Source: Octopus sinensis (lineage: Eukaryota). Taken from it: a stretch of 64,000 nt of DNA. Both the position numbers and the translations under genes were made by a program. Location of the stretch: NCBI RefSeq assembly GCF_006345805.1, contig NC_043013.1, positions 6,696,001-6,760,000 of the forward strand, in the 5' to 3' direction. A model generated the notes under the pieces. That model did not search any database. It saw only the letters and a list, made by a program, of their open reading frames with translations, and was not told the DNA's origin. Numbering within the stretch: position 1 is the first letter of the stretch; each line of letters begins with the position of its first letter. Positions 25,981-37,389 of the stretch are shown piece after piece.

Positions 25981-26484
25981 AGGTAAGGAAGGACATTTAT
26001 TGCAACGGTTCATCAGTTTTTCTAAGCCCTGTAAAAGAACTCGAAAAATTAGACCTTCAACCAAGCTTTTCACGATACCCTTAAAGCCAGGAGGTTTTCA
26101 GCATGAGTGCGTCATTGTGTTTGCGTTATTTGACTTCTCACCGCTTGACAACTTCTGTCTGTTTCTTTATATCCTCGTAACAATTTTAGAAATTCAATAT
26201 ATAACAACTAAAGACTAGAAAACTGAATTAATAAATACCGAGGGGATAACTGAAATCTAAAATATTATTATAAGAACTTCCGCTAAATCAAAACTAGGTG
26301 TACGTGCAATAGCTTGCAAAAGGTATGCATGTAATACATGCTGTTAATTTGTAGCGATTTTTCCTTATCTATTTGCTTTAAAACTGATATGATACTGTAA
26401 TAAAGCCTTATTATGATTTTTTAGATTATTTCCTTTTCTTTATTTATAAGCATCGACTCTTGTGCCAAAATTTGAAAGCTATAT

Positions 26485-26700
26485 CAGGCTGGTTGTGTGG
26501 TTAAGACGTACACTTTGCAACCACGTAGTTTTCGGGTTCGGTTTAAGTGCGTGACACCATGGACAAGTGTCTTTTACTGCAGCTCCGCACTGACCAGGGT
26601 CTTGAGAGTGAATTTGATTGACGGAAACTGCATAGAAGCCCGTCGAAAAATGTCTGCGTGCGTGTATGTTTGTGTATATGTGTGTGTGTGTTTTTTCCTC
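26485..26700 (+). mobile_element. SINE A 5' half
   Basis: Diverged head plus GACGGAAACTG..GAAGCCCGTCG plus (TG)n. Confidence 0.8.
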
Positions 26701-26789
26701 TGTGTCTTCTCTAAACCAGCGCTACTTTATCGGGCTCCAAATGGCACTTGGGGATCCATATAAGATTTTGCAGTTAAAATTTATGTGCA

Positions 26790-27100
26790 ATGTCGCATGG
26801 CTCCGTGATAAGAGCATCGGACTCGCAATCATGAGGTAGTAAGTTCGATTTCCGAACAAGATGGTGTGTTGTGTTTTTGAGCAAGACAATTCATTTCACC
26901 TTGATTCAGTTCACTAAGTTGTAGAAATGAGTTGTGAGGTCACTGATGCCAAGCTGTATCAGCCTTTGCCTTTCCCTTGGATAAGACAGGTGACGTGGTG
27001 AAAGGAGACTGCTGGTATCCATGGTCGGATTTGTGGCTCGGAGGGTAACTTTCTATGTCCAATCCCATGGTCATTCATGACCGGAGAGGGTCTTTATATT
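26790..27100 (+). mobile_element. tRNA-SINE family E (CORE/V-like), decayed
   Basis: tRNA-like head with AAGTTCGATTTCC and GTGTTTTTGAGCAAGACA; related copy at 38020-38310. Confidence 0.65.
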
Positions 27101-27163
27101 TTATGTGCAATAAATTGGCCATAGTTTCATTGTACACAAAATATTTTGACGATTTCTTCATAC

Positions 27164-27560
27164 GATAACTTAGATAAACTTAGATATGTTTCGACCAAGG
27201 ATTGGTCCAGGCCATGTCTAACTTAATAGCACCACCTGATAGGATTATTCGAATCCTGTTTAAGTCAAGTTTTGTTCAAGTAGTGAGTTCTTGTTGGGTG
27301 AGTTGTATCCAATTAGGGGTGGCTTATCTGGTATTCTTTGAAGGAATCTATCCAGACTCTGTTTAAAGTTCATGGGATCCTTTTCCTCTTTGATCTCCCT
27401 CGGGACAATGTTAAATAGGGCAGGGCCTGTTGAGGAAAAGAAATTATGTTGCAGTGTCACTAATATTTAAGTGTCTATAACAGTCCATCCTCTAGAAATA
27501 GGAATCACAAAGGTCTATAGATAAGACAATGGTTAAGAATCATGGAACAAAACCCTTGAA
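27164..27560 (-). mobile_element. 3' end of a CR1/L2-group LINE
   Basis: C-terminus FFSSTGPALFNIVPREIK..FKQSLDRFLQRIPDKPPLIGY; 3'UTR hairpins AGGATT/AATCCT and GACCAA/TTGGTC; tail repeats TCTAAGTT(T)A. Confidence 0.75.
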
Positions 27561-27609
27561 GGTGTGCCCCAGCATGGACGGCAGGGGTAGAAATGTGGGT
27601 AGGGGGTGG

Positions 27610-28046
27610 TCGTGTCGATATTGGTGCTGATGGTGGTAATTTTAGTATTGCAGTTGGTGGAGGCGAGGAGGTGGCCGTGTTGGTGACGGGTTGATGAGAG
27701 AGATGGTTGTGGTGGTGGTGGTGGTGGTGTTCATAATCGCAGGGATGGTAGAGGTATTAGTGATCGTGGTGGTAGTGGTGGTTGTAGTGGTGGTGGTGGT
27801 GTTATTTGAGGTGGTGGTGGTGGTGGTGGTAGTTGTGGTGATGTTAGTGGTGGTGATGCTAGTGGTCGTAGCGGTGGTGGTGAAGGTAATGGTGGTAGTA
27901 GTGGTGGTAGTGGTGATGGTGGTGGTGGTGATAGTGGTAGTGGTGGCGGTGGTAGTATCGGTGGTAATGGTGATGTTGATGGTTGTGATAATGGTGGTGA
28001 TGGTGGTGCTAGTGATGGTGCTAGTGATGGTGCTGGTGGTAGTAGT

Positions 28047-28091
<45 letters not shown>

Positions 28092-28095
28092 ATCG
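27610..28095. repeat. (GGT/GTA)n cryptic trinucleotide tract
   Basis: Directly visible. Confidence 0.92.
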
Positions 28096-28745
28096 TGATG
28101 AGGATCCTTGTTGCTGATACACACAATTCTATTGTTTTTGTCATTGTTGTTTTTCTTGTCATTCGTGTAAAAACAGCCATACACGCTTTTGTTTCGACTT
28201 AATTAATTCCTTTCTTTCTTTCTTTCATTCTTTTTTCCCCAGCTTTCTTTCTTTAATAATAATAATAATAATAATAATATTTCTTTTGTTTCACTTACTG
28301 TATCTTCGTCTTCAATCTATTGTCATGGAAACGGTTGTCAAGTTTACAGCACAGTGCTTGTGTCATCTGGCACTGATATCGCCAGCAGTGACAAGATGTT
28401 TCCTCGTTTTTATTGGTATTTTTATTTTTATGTTTCTATGGTTTGTTTGTTGCAAGCTTTTTCGTCATTGGTTAATGTTGTTATGTTGTCATGGTTACCT
28501 CATCTGACGCTTTCGGCCATTTTCTTTTTCTTTTTACAACAGCCAGATATTTTCTACAGCTGTATACACAAGCGTGCGCAAGCACACACACACGCACACA
28601 TACACACAATTACCCGTATACGTATGCATATACACATGAGCGCTTACATACATTAACACATTCACTTATACACACCCACCAACACATGCACATGCACCCT
28701 GCATCTGCACATATGCAATGTACATATACACACACTCTCGCATAT

Positions 28746-28787
<42 letters not shown>

Positions 28788-28800
28788 GTAAATATATGTA

Positions 28801-28914
<114 letters not shown>

Positions 28915-28982
28915 TATATTATATGTATATATATATATAGATATATATATATATATTATATATACACATGTAAATATATGTA

Positions 28983-29270
28983 TATATGAACAAGATTTGA
29001 AAATGCAATTTTGAAGATGTTTATTCACTTGACCGTTTCACTTTTTTAGAAAAAGATTGTCAAAAGTGAAATGTAAAGCTTTGTATAAGCTTTGTTGTGT
29101 TAAGTACTGGCTGTCACAAAAGTATTAAAATACAGATATACATTCTTTGAAATAAGAAAATGTTAAAAACGTTTACATTTTACTTTTGACAATCTTTTTC
29201 TAAAGAAGTGAAACCGGTCAAGTGAATAAACGTCTTTAAAATTGCATTTTCAAACCTTCTTTCATATATA
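28983..29270. mobile_element. MITE-like foldback with ~95 bp TIRs in TA context
   Basis: ATGAA.AAG.TTTGAAAATGCAATTTT.AAGA.GTTTATTCACTTGACC... mirrored at the right end. Confidence 0.85.
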
Positions 29271-29384
29271 TTTCCACTCGTGATGTACCTTACAATTTCA
29301 CTTTGTTATGTATATAGATATACACACACATATATATATATATTTACATATATATATGTATATATTATATATACATATACATAA

Positions 29385-29469
<85 letters not shown>

Positions 29470-29471
29470 TA

Positions 29472-29509
<38 letters not shown>

Positions 29510-29517
29510 ATACATAT

Positions 29518-29831
29518 GTGGAGGCGCAATGGCCTAGTGGTTAGGGCAGCGGACTCGCGGTCGTAGGATCGCGGTTTCGATTCCCAGACTGGGCGTTGTG
29601 AGTGTTTATTGAGCGAAAACACCGAAAGCTCCACGAGGCTCCGGCAGGGGAGTGGTGGCGATCCCTGCTGTACTCTTTCGCCACAACTTTCTCTCACCCT
29701 TTCTTCTGTTGGCCTGCTCGCTTAGCCAGCGGGGTGGCGTCATTTGAAGGCTAAAGCAATGCGAAGCGCATTGTGACCAGCGATGTGTAACAACATCTGA
29801 TGGCCTGGTCGGTCACGGTGATCACGGTGAT
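29518..29831 (+). mobile_element. tRNA(Arg-like)-SINE family C, tail type 1
   Basis: Head GGCGCAATGGCCTAGTGGTTAGGGCAGCGGACTCGCG..GGTTTCGATTCC; tail hairpin CAATGCG-AAG-CGCATTG and (CACGGTGAT)2. Confidence 0.92.
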
Positions 29832-29884
29832 ATACACATATATATGTGTGTGTGTGTGTGTATTTATATGTATATATATATATG

Positions 29885-29924
<40 letters not shown>

Positions 29925-30057
29925 CGCGCGTGTGTATATGTGTACATTGTACATGTACAGATGCAGGTGTATGTACATGTACAGGTGGGTGATTTGCCAT
30001 GTTGGACCTCTGAAATCTACAAGCTTTTTGCATTCCTTCTTTGTTCGTTGTGTCTTA

Positions 30058-30097
30058 TTCATTCTGCTGAAAAGCGTGGGCTCGAAACGTAAGGGAC
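30058..30097 (+). ncRNA. Degenerate hammerhead motif in a family-F-like segment (~29985-30125)
   Basis: CTGCTGA-A-AAGC-GTGG-GCTC-GAAAC-GTA. Confidence 0.45.
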
Positions 30098-30125
30098 TTT
30101 TTGATTTTCCTGGGCCATCATAAAG

Positions 30126-30444
30126 AATTGCAGCGTGGAAGGTGTTTATAAGCCATTGAAAAACACACAAAAACCGTTAGATTCACTTCAACATTTAAAC
30201 TTAATCTGCCAAAATATCTTCGCCGCTTTGAAACCTCGGCCTGTTCACTGACAACATTTGAGACTGCGAACTGTTCACAGACAAAATTCTGTGTTGAGAT
30301 GCAGCACGGAATTTTATCAGTGAACAGGTCGCGGTCTCAAAGCGACGAAAATATTTTGGCAAATTAAATTTACATGTTGAAGTGAAAATTTAACGGCTTT
30401 TGTGTGCTTTTAAATGGCTTATAAACACCTTCCACGCTGCAATT
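30126..30444. repeat. Foldback 3: ~135-140 bp imperfect inverted arms
   Basis: AATTGCAGCGTGGAAGGTGTTTATAAGCCATT... versus ...AATGGCTTATAAACACCTTCCACGCTGCAATT. Confidence 0.93.
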
Positions 30445-30498
30445 GTGTTTGTTTCATCACACAATCTCAGAGCAGGTCACCTACTATGCTAGTACATC

Positions 30499-30539
<41 letters not shown>

Positions 30540-30562
30540 ATATATATTATATATATATATAT

Positions 30563-30795
30563 ATTGTTTTCTTATTACCCACAAGGGGCTAACATAGAGG
30601 GGACAAACAAGGACAGACAAAGGGATTAAGTCGATTACATCGACCCCAGTGCGTAACTGGTACTTTATTATCGACCTCGAAAGGATGAAAGGCAAAGTCG
30701 ACCTCGGCAGAATTTGAACTCAGAACGTAACGACAGACGAAATACCGCTAAGCATTTCGCCCAGCATGCTAACGTTTCTGCCAGGTCACCGCCTT
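30563..30795 (-). mobile_element. SINE B' monomer, full length
   Basis: Tail TTGTTTGTCCCCTCTATGTTAGCCCCTTGTGGGTAATAAGAAAACAAT. Confidence 0.92.
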
Positions 30796-30906
30796 TTGTA
30801 TATATATATATACATACTTACATACATGCATACATACATACATACATACATGCATGCATGCATACATACATACATACATACATACATACATACATACATA
30901 CATACA

Positions 30907-30940
<34 letters not shown>

Positions 30941-30997
30941 CATACATACATACATACATTCACGCACGCATAGAAACACTAATATGAATACCTCTTC

Positions 30998-31205
30998 AAG
31001 GCGGCGAGCTGGCAGAATCGTTAGCACGTCGGGCGAAATGCTTAGCGGTATTTCGTCTGTCATTACGTTCTTATTTCAAATTCCGCCGAGGTCGACTTTG
31101 CCTTTCATCGTTTCGGGGTCGATAAATTAAGTACCAGTTGCATACTGGAGTCGACTGGTACTCTACCCAAAAATTTCGGGCATGCAGCCTCGAGTAGAAA
31201 GAAAT
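30998..31205 (+). mobile_element. SINE B
   Basis: Full head; private tail variant GTCGACTGGTACTCTACCCAAAAATTTCGGGCATGCAGCCTCG. Confidence 0.92.
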
Positions 31206-31476
31206 ATATTATTATTATTATTATTACTACTACTACTATTATTATTATTATTATTTATTATTATTATTATTATTATTATTGTTATTATTATTGTTATCTT
31301 TTTTTTCTTCTTTCAAATTTGCTTCCATTTCTTGCCGAGTGTCTTCCCGACTCCTAGGGCAAAGAAACTCATAGTATACATTGGTAGGCCATTAAACTAA
31401 ACTCACTAGTTCGTTCTTTTTTTTAAGGTAAATTAAAATACATGGGTAGTAATAGTTCTTTATTATTATTATTATA

Positions 31477-31526
<50 letters not shown>

Positions 31527-31663
31527 TATTATCATTATTTAATTATATTATTATTATTTATTATTATTATTATTTTCATCATTATTATTATTATTATATT
31601 ATATTATTATTACTATTATTATTATTATCATTATTATTATTATAATTATTATTATTATTATTA

Positions 31664-31699
<36 letters not shown>

Positions 31700-31917
31700 C
31701 AGGCTGCGGGCTGACAATCGTTAGCACATCAGGCGAAATACTTAGCGGTATTTCGTCTGTCTCTACGTTCTGAGTTCAAATTCCGCGAAGGTCGACTTTA
31801 CCTTTCATCGTTTCGGGGTCGATAAATTAAGTACCAGTTGCATACTGGGGTCGATCCAATTGATCACCCCACGCCCAATAAAACTTCGGGCTCTCTGCCT
31901 AGAGAAGAAAAGAATAT
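31700..31917 (+). mobile_element. SINE B
   Basis: Head, B-box, central domain and tail. Confidence 0.88.
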
Positions 31918-32439
31918 GAATAGCTTTTCGAATATCAAAGAGGAAGAAGATAACCACGAGCAACTCCTTCCAAAGCATTGGCTTCTCTACCAGGAATTTA
32001 AATTCACATATAAACCAATAATAAATATCATGATTATAATTGCAATTGCCCCAACAACTGTAATTACTACACATGATTTTCAGAGAAAATGCCGATGTGA
32101 CAATATGGAAAAATCTAGTTTTTTCGGGGGAAAAAAATTAAGCCCTCATTTTGCACAATACAGGCACAGACAGTAAGGGGAACATTACAAATATGGAAGG
32201 TTTTCCAAATTTGAACATGCGATAATGATTTTATGTTATTAACACTTCAACGAAGGAACTCTGGGTTTCATAGAAACTAAGTCCTTTCCCAGACGATGAT
32301 TTCAAGTATACCGATATCTATATTAATATATATTATATATATATATATATTATATATATACACGCGTGCATATGCATACTTATATATATATGTGTCCGTG
32401 CTTGTGCATGTGCGTGTGTGTGTTTTATATATCAATATG

Positions 32440-32442
32440 GAG

Positions 32443-32506
<64 letters not shown>

Positions 32507-32544
32507 AGAGATAGATAGATAGATAGATAGATAGATGGATAGAG

Positions 32545-32594
<50 letters not shown>

Positions 32595-32820
32595 ATAGAG
32601 AGAGAGATAGATAGATAGATGGATAGATAGATAGATAGAGAGATAGATAGATAGATAGATAGATAAATAGAGAGAGAGATAGATAGATAGATGGATAGAT
32701 AGAGAGAGAGAGATAGATAGATAGATAGATAGATAGATGGATAGATAGATAGATAGATAGATAAATAGAGAGAGATAGATAGATAGATATATAGATAGAT
32801 AGAGAGAGAGAGAGATAGAG

Positions 32821-32880
<60 letters not shown>

Positions 32881-32881
32881 G

Positions 32882-32923
<42 letters not shown>

Positions 32924-32982
32924 AGATAGATATAGATAGATAGATAGAGATAGATAATAGATAGATAGATAAATAGAGAGAG

Positions 32983-33054
<72 letters not shown>

Positions 33055-33113
33055 CTAATAGATATATAAATAGAGAGAGAGATAGATAAGATAGATAGAA
33101 TAGATAGATAGAT

Positions 33114-33164
<51 letters not shown>
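32440..33164. repeat. (GATA)n/(GA)n array, left of the Tx1 insertion
   Basis: Directly visible. Confidence 0.97.
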
Positions 33165-34335
33165 TGTTTCTTTATTAGCCCACAGGGCTGCACACAGATA
33201 GAACAAATTACAAGGTAGAGCTTTCCTTTTGAAGGTATTAAAAAAAAAAAAAAAAGGAAGGGGGAGGTTCGATCAAAAGGGATCGTAAAAGGAGAGAAAG
33301 AGGACAAAAATAAGGGGGGTTAAAAAAAAAAAAAAAAAAAAGGGGGGGGGGGAGAGGAAAAAAATGATCAATAGGGATCGTTATCACAGAAATGTCAATA
33401 TGAAGTGTAAAGGGGAGGACAGGTGAGGTTTACCCGTGGAAAGAAAAGCCTGCGGAAAAGACCACGGTAACCTCGGTCAATGAAGTCACATTTTATATTT
33501 CTTTTTTTTTTTTTTTTTTTTTTTTTGCAAATAAGCAACTCTCTGTTTTCGATTTCTGGGTTCATAGGACTATGCTCAAGGTGGCTTCGTCATTCATACG
33601 TGCCATTCTTGCTACATTCACCCATCTTTTTTTAAAACATTCGCTAGACAAAACTTACTTGCCTCTCTACTCTCACTTTCCTTTTCAAGTGGTACTTGAA
33701 GAAGTTGATGAGAGATTGACCAGAGAGGAAAGTGTTTTGTCTCCAATCCTTTCAGACGCGTCCACCAGATACATTCTTTCGCCATAGCCACAAGGATGAT
33801 GAAAATAGCTCTTCTTCCCGTTTGAAGGAAGGAGGCGTGACAATATTGACGATAGACTCAGCTGATAAACCGACTCGTCCCACACGTGACAGCAGTTGTT
33901 CGACATAAGCCCACAGGTCGGAAATTGTTGGACACTGAACGAGTGCGTGCAGAACGGTTTCGTCGTCTCTGACCGCATCTCGGGCAGGTCGGCCCCGTGT
34001 TTCTCGAGCGTGTCTGTAGAGCTTATCCCGAACGGGTAGCGCTTCTCGGTAGCACTGCCAGGCCAGGGATCTCTGGAAGTTGTCCATGGGCCCTGGCCCG
34101 AAAGTCGTCCCGAACAGGCGGGTCAGTACTCCTCGTCGACGTCCAGGTTCGCCCCGATCGCTCGTCGTCGTACCTCCCCTCCACTAAACCCCTATAGAAT
34201 GCTTTGGTTGTGTTGAAGTCACTTAAGGTCGACCCAGGACGGCAGAGTTGCTTGAGAGCAACGCGACACTCGCGTGGCCATTCGCCCTTCCTCGGCCTCT
34301 TTTTGATCCACGACTGCAGTTCGGTCATGGAGACG
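33165..34335 (-). mobile_element. 5'-truncated Tx1/L1-clade LINE (ORF2 C-terminus plus ~500 nt 3'UTR) inside (GATA)n
   Basis: FQRSLAWQCYREALPVRDKL...DETVLHALVQCP, homologous to 25700-25980; ends GGGCTAATAAAGAAACAT-(ATCT)n. Confidence 0.85.
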
Positions 34336-34375
34336 AGATAGATAGATAGAGAGATAGATAGATAGATAGATAGAC

Positions 34376-34430
<55 letters not shown>

Positions 34431-34431
34431 G

Positions 34432-34501
<70 letters not shown>

Positions 34502-34518
34502 ATAGACAGACAGACAGA
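34336..34518. repeat. (GATA)n array, right of the Tx1 insertion
   Basis: Directly visible. Confidence 0.97.
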
Positions 34519-34885
34519 TTCTTTCAATGTTGATATATTCTGTCGTTTCATTACATATAATTCGCTTTGAAGAGTTCTTTCTGGGTTACAAGGAGAGGAA
34601 TGTGAGAAATTTGTTAAGGAATTCAGGACCACAGACTACGAAGTATTGTCTGACATACATCCAATGACACACACACACACACGCACACACATACACACAC
34701 ACCACACACACATACAATCATATGCGTGCACCTACACAAACATAAGCATTTACATGTCCTAGGGCAGTATCAAAGTTTGTTCGGAAGAGTCCCTTTAAGG
34801 CAAACGTGTCTTCATTGACATTGCTAATCGCTCCGAGCGTAGAACTTCATATGTGCGCGTCTGTGTGTGTGTATGTATGTACATA

Positions 34886-35330
34886 CATATATATATATAT
34901 AAAACTGAGAATGTGTGTCTGTCTGTCTGTGTTTCCCTAAAACTTGAGAACTACACAACCAATTTCATTCAAATTTTACACACGCTTTACATAGAGTCCA
35001 TGTAGTCTCATGGGCAAAAAATGTTCAACTTCTTGCCTAGGGCGAGCCCATAGCAATATCATATCTTCTCCACTATTTCAGTATTACGTGTTAAAAGTGA
35101 AACAAAAACATTTCTCTATTTTATGTCAGATGCTTTCACTTTAACAATAAAAATTAGAGATAATAATAACAATTGAATTATATGTAGTAAGTAATAATTA
35201 AAATCAAACTAAAGTATAATATAATCGTAACATAACAAAAGTAAAAATAGCAATTAGTATAAAATTGCATCAATGACTTGAACTTGAATAAGTGGTTTCA
35301 CATGAATGGGAATAAATTAAAAATAAAATT
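34886..35330 (+). mobile_element. Helitron/Helentron-type non-autonomous 5' portion; 3' limit uncertain
   Basis: TATATATAAAACTGAGAATGTGTGTCTGTCTGTCTG then AACTACACAACCAATTTCATTCAAATTT, typical of such 5' ends. Confidence 0.55.
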
Positions 35331-35459
35331 AGCGTGCAGAAATAGAATAGTCCAGATGGAGCTGTGCACATACCGTTTACCACGGCTTTTACATTAGATT
35401 ATCTGCTAATTAGCTAGCATTAAGTATCTATATGAAGTTTGGCTGTATGTAATGTCTTT

Positions 35460-36300
35460 TTTCTCGAACAGCCGCTTCTACTGAGTACTGCTGTTGGTTT
35501 ATTTCTTATACATGAAGGACTGTAGTTTCAACTGCGTACTACTTTTTGATTCACCGTAAGGTTTGTTGTTATTATTATTACTGTTTAACTATTGTTATCA
35601 CGTTTGTTGGTTTCTCGTAAGGGAAACGTTGTTGTGTTGCATTTGTTAAATAATTGTAAACTGTAACCCTCCCCCTTTGGGAAAAGGAGCTTCGGTTACT
35701 GTTTAAAAATTGAATTGTGTCCTGTTTGGGAAAATTGACAATATTTTCACCGTTTACACGGAAGCATTATTGTTAGAATGTCTTCGATAGAAGAAAGTCC
35801 AAAAATGAATTTCGCTGCAGCCGTCGGCGGGCGCGAACTCATTAAAATTAAAATGGAAGAAATACAAACCTATTTCGGATTGATCACCGACAAAGACGGT
35901 GAATCTAGGATAACACCACCAAACGAAATAAACAATTAAATTAAAGAAAAGACTATTGTCTATAAAGTATACAATGTAGAGAAAAAAATTTGAACACCTG
36001 GAGGAAAGCACCTTCGAAAAGTGTCTTGGTGCGACTATGAAAGATATCTAACCAGAGGCAGTAAATTCGCCACAATAGAAGCAAGGTTCGAGTCAACGGA
36101 GCGTGCAAGGGAGTACTCGACTCGAACCTTGCAAAGTAGAAGTATTTTATTTTTACCTTTATATCTGGGACGTAGGATGTCCCGGATAAAAATTTAAAAT
36201 GTCCCCCCGGAAGTAGAGGTAGGCTGGATTGTAGCCACACTTCTATACAAGAGGGAGGACAAGATACAATTGATCGAAATTGCAAGAGACGGGCCTACAA
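35460..36300 (+). mobile_element. Tx1-type 5'UTR plus ORF1 fragment
   Basis: MNFAAAVGG...YLTRGSKFATIEARF...LPLYLGRR...VPPEV aligns with YIAKGKTYGNVEVRF...LPTYIGRM...VPLEV at 23000-23200. Confidence 0.75.
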
Positions 36301-36435
36301 TTCCAGTGTGTTATATATTTTGAGTATTGTTATCACTAGCGATATCAAGATATAACTTTGTATTTTATGTGTAGATGTATATATATATAGATGTGCATGT
36401 AATATGTACACATATATATACACATATATACATGC

Positions 36436-36470
36436 ACTAGCACTATGACCCGGCGGGTCATAATGCTAGT
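36436..36470. repeat. 35 bp palindrome made of two Helitron-like 3' ends
   Basis: ACTAGCACTATGACCCG-G-CGGGTCATAATGCTAGT. Confidence 0.7.
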
Positions 36471-36526
36471 ATATATATATATATATATATATCTATATAT
36501 TTATATAATATATATATTTATATATT

Positions 36527-36640
36527 TGCTGAGTTTTATTTCAAGATTTCTTGCCAATAGAGAAAGAACCAGTATCTACGCTAGATCCAAGGTTACTTCA
36601 TTCGAATTTCAACATCAAAAACGGTATTTTTGTTTGTATA
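36527..36640. repeat. Family G repeat, second copy
   Basis: Homologous to 2875-2985. Confidence 0.75.
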
Positions 36641-37134
36641 TATGTACGTGTCTCTTTCATTTTTTAATTATTATAGATCTTCTACTGAGGAGGGAGTCGG
36701 TTTCCGACAAAGATATTGGGCTCCATTTTTGTGATGTAGTTAACGCAGGCAAATTCACATTTGGAACTTGAGAAAAATTTTGCATATTTTTGCTGCTCGT
36801 CTCACAGACTGGACTTGTAATGTACGAATCAGCCGATCAGTTTCTCTTTCTGAAAATCCCAGTTTTTCTAGATTCTCCTATAAGCATTTACTAACAAAAC
36901 CCAATGCTCCAATTATTTTTGGTATGAATATAGAAGCTGGATGTTTCAAAGTAGTTGTCCATAGATATCCTCTATTTCTTTGATTTTGAAAGAGATATTT
37001 ATATCTGCCAAAGCATCTGGCCTCTGTCATACGCATGTATGTATGTATGTATGTATGTATGTATGTATGTATGTATGTATGTATGTATGTATGTATACAT
37101 GCATGTATGTATGTATGTATGTATGTATGTAAGT

Positions 37135-37283
37135 TCTCTCAAATGGTACTTATTTTATCAACGTGAAAATGATAAAAGGCAGAGCCGATATCGGTGGAAT
37201 TTGAACTCAGAAAGTATAGACAGAGGAAATAATGCTAAACATTTTGCCCGGCGTTCTAACGATTCTGCTAGCCCATTACCTTC
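37135..37283 (-). mobile_element. SINE B, 3'-truncated
   Basis: Reverse head and B-box. Confidence 0.8.
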
Positions 37284-37289
37284 ATGATA

Positions 37290-37389
<100 letters not shown>

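Noticed and set aside
27181-27225. Hammerhead-like GACCAA/TTGGTC-GAAAC on the minus strand
   Set aside because: No CUGANGA core; better explained as the LINE 3' recognition hairpin.
29521-29595. tRNA-Arg-like sequence (also the heads of SINE A, B and E)
   Set aside because: SINE heads continuing into repeat bodies; no proper cloverleaf or acceptor stem.
31985-32075. Minus-strand transmembrane-like peptide VITVVGAIAIIIMIFIIGLYV (possible exon)
   Set aside because: Weak splice signals, AT-rich composition, and no neighbouring exons.
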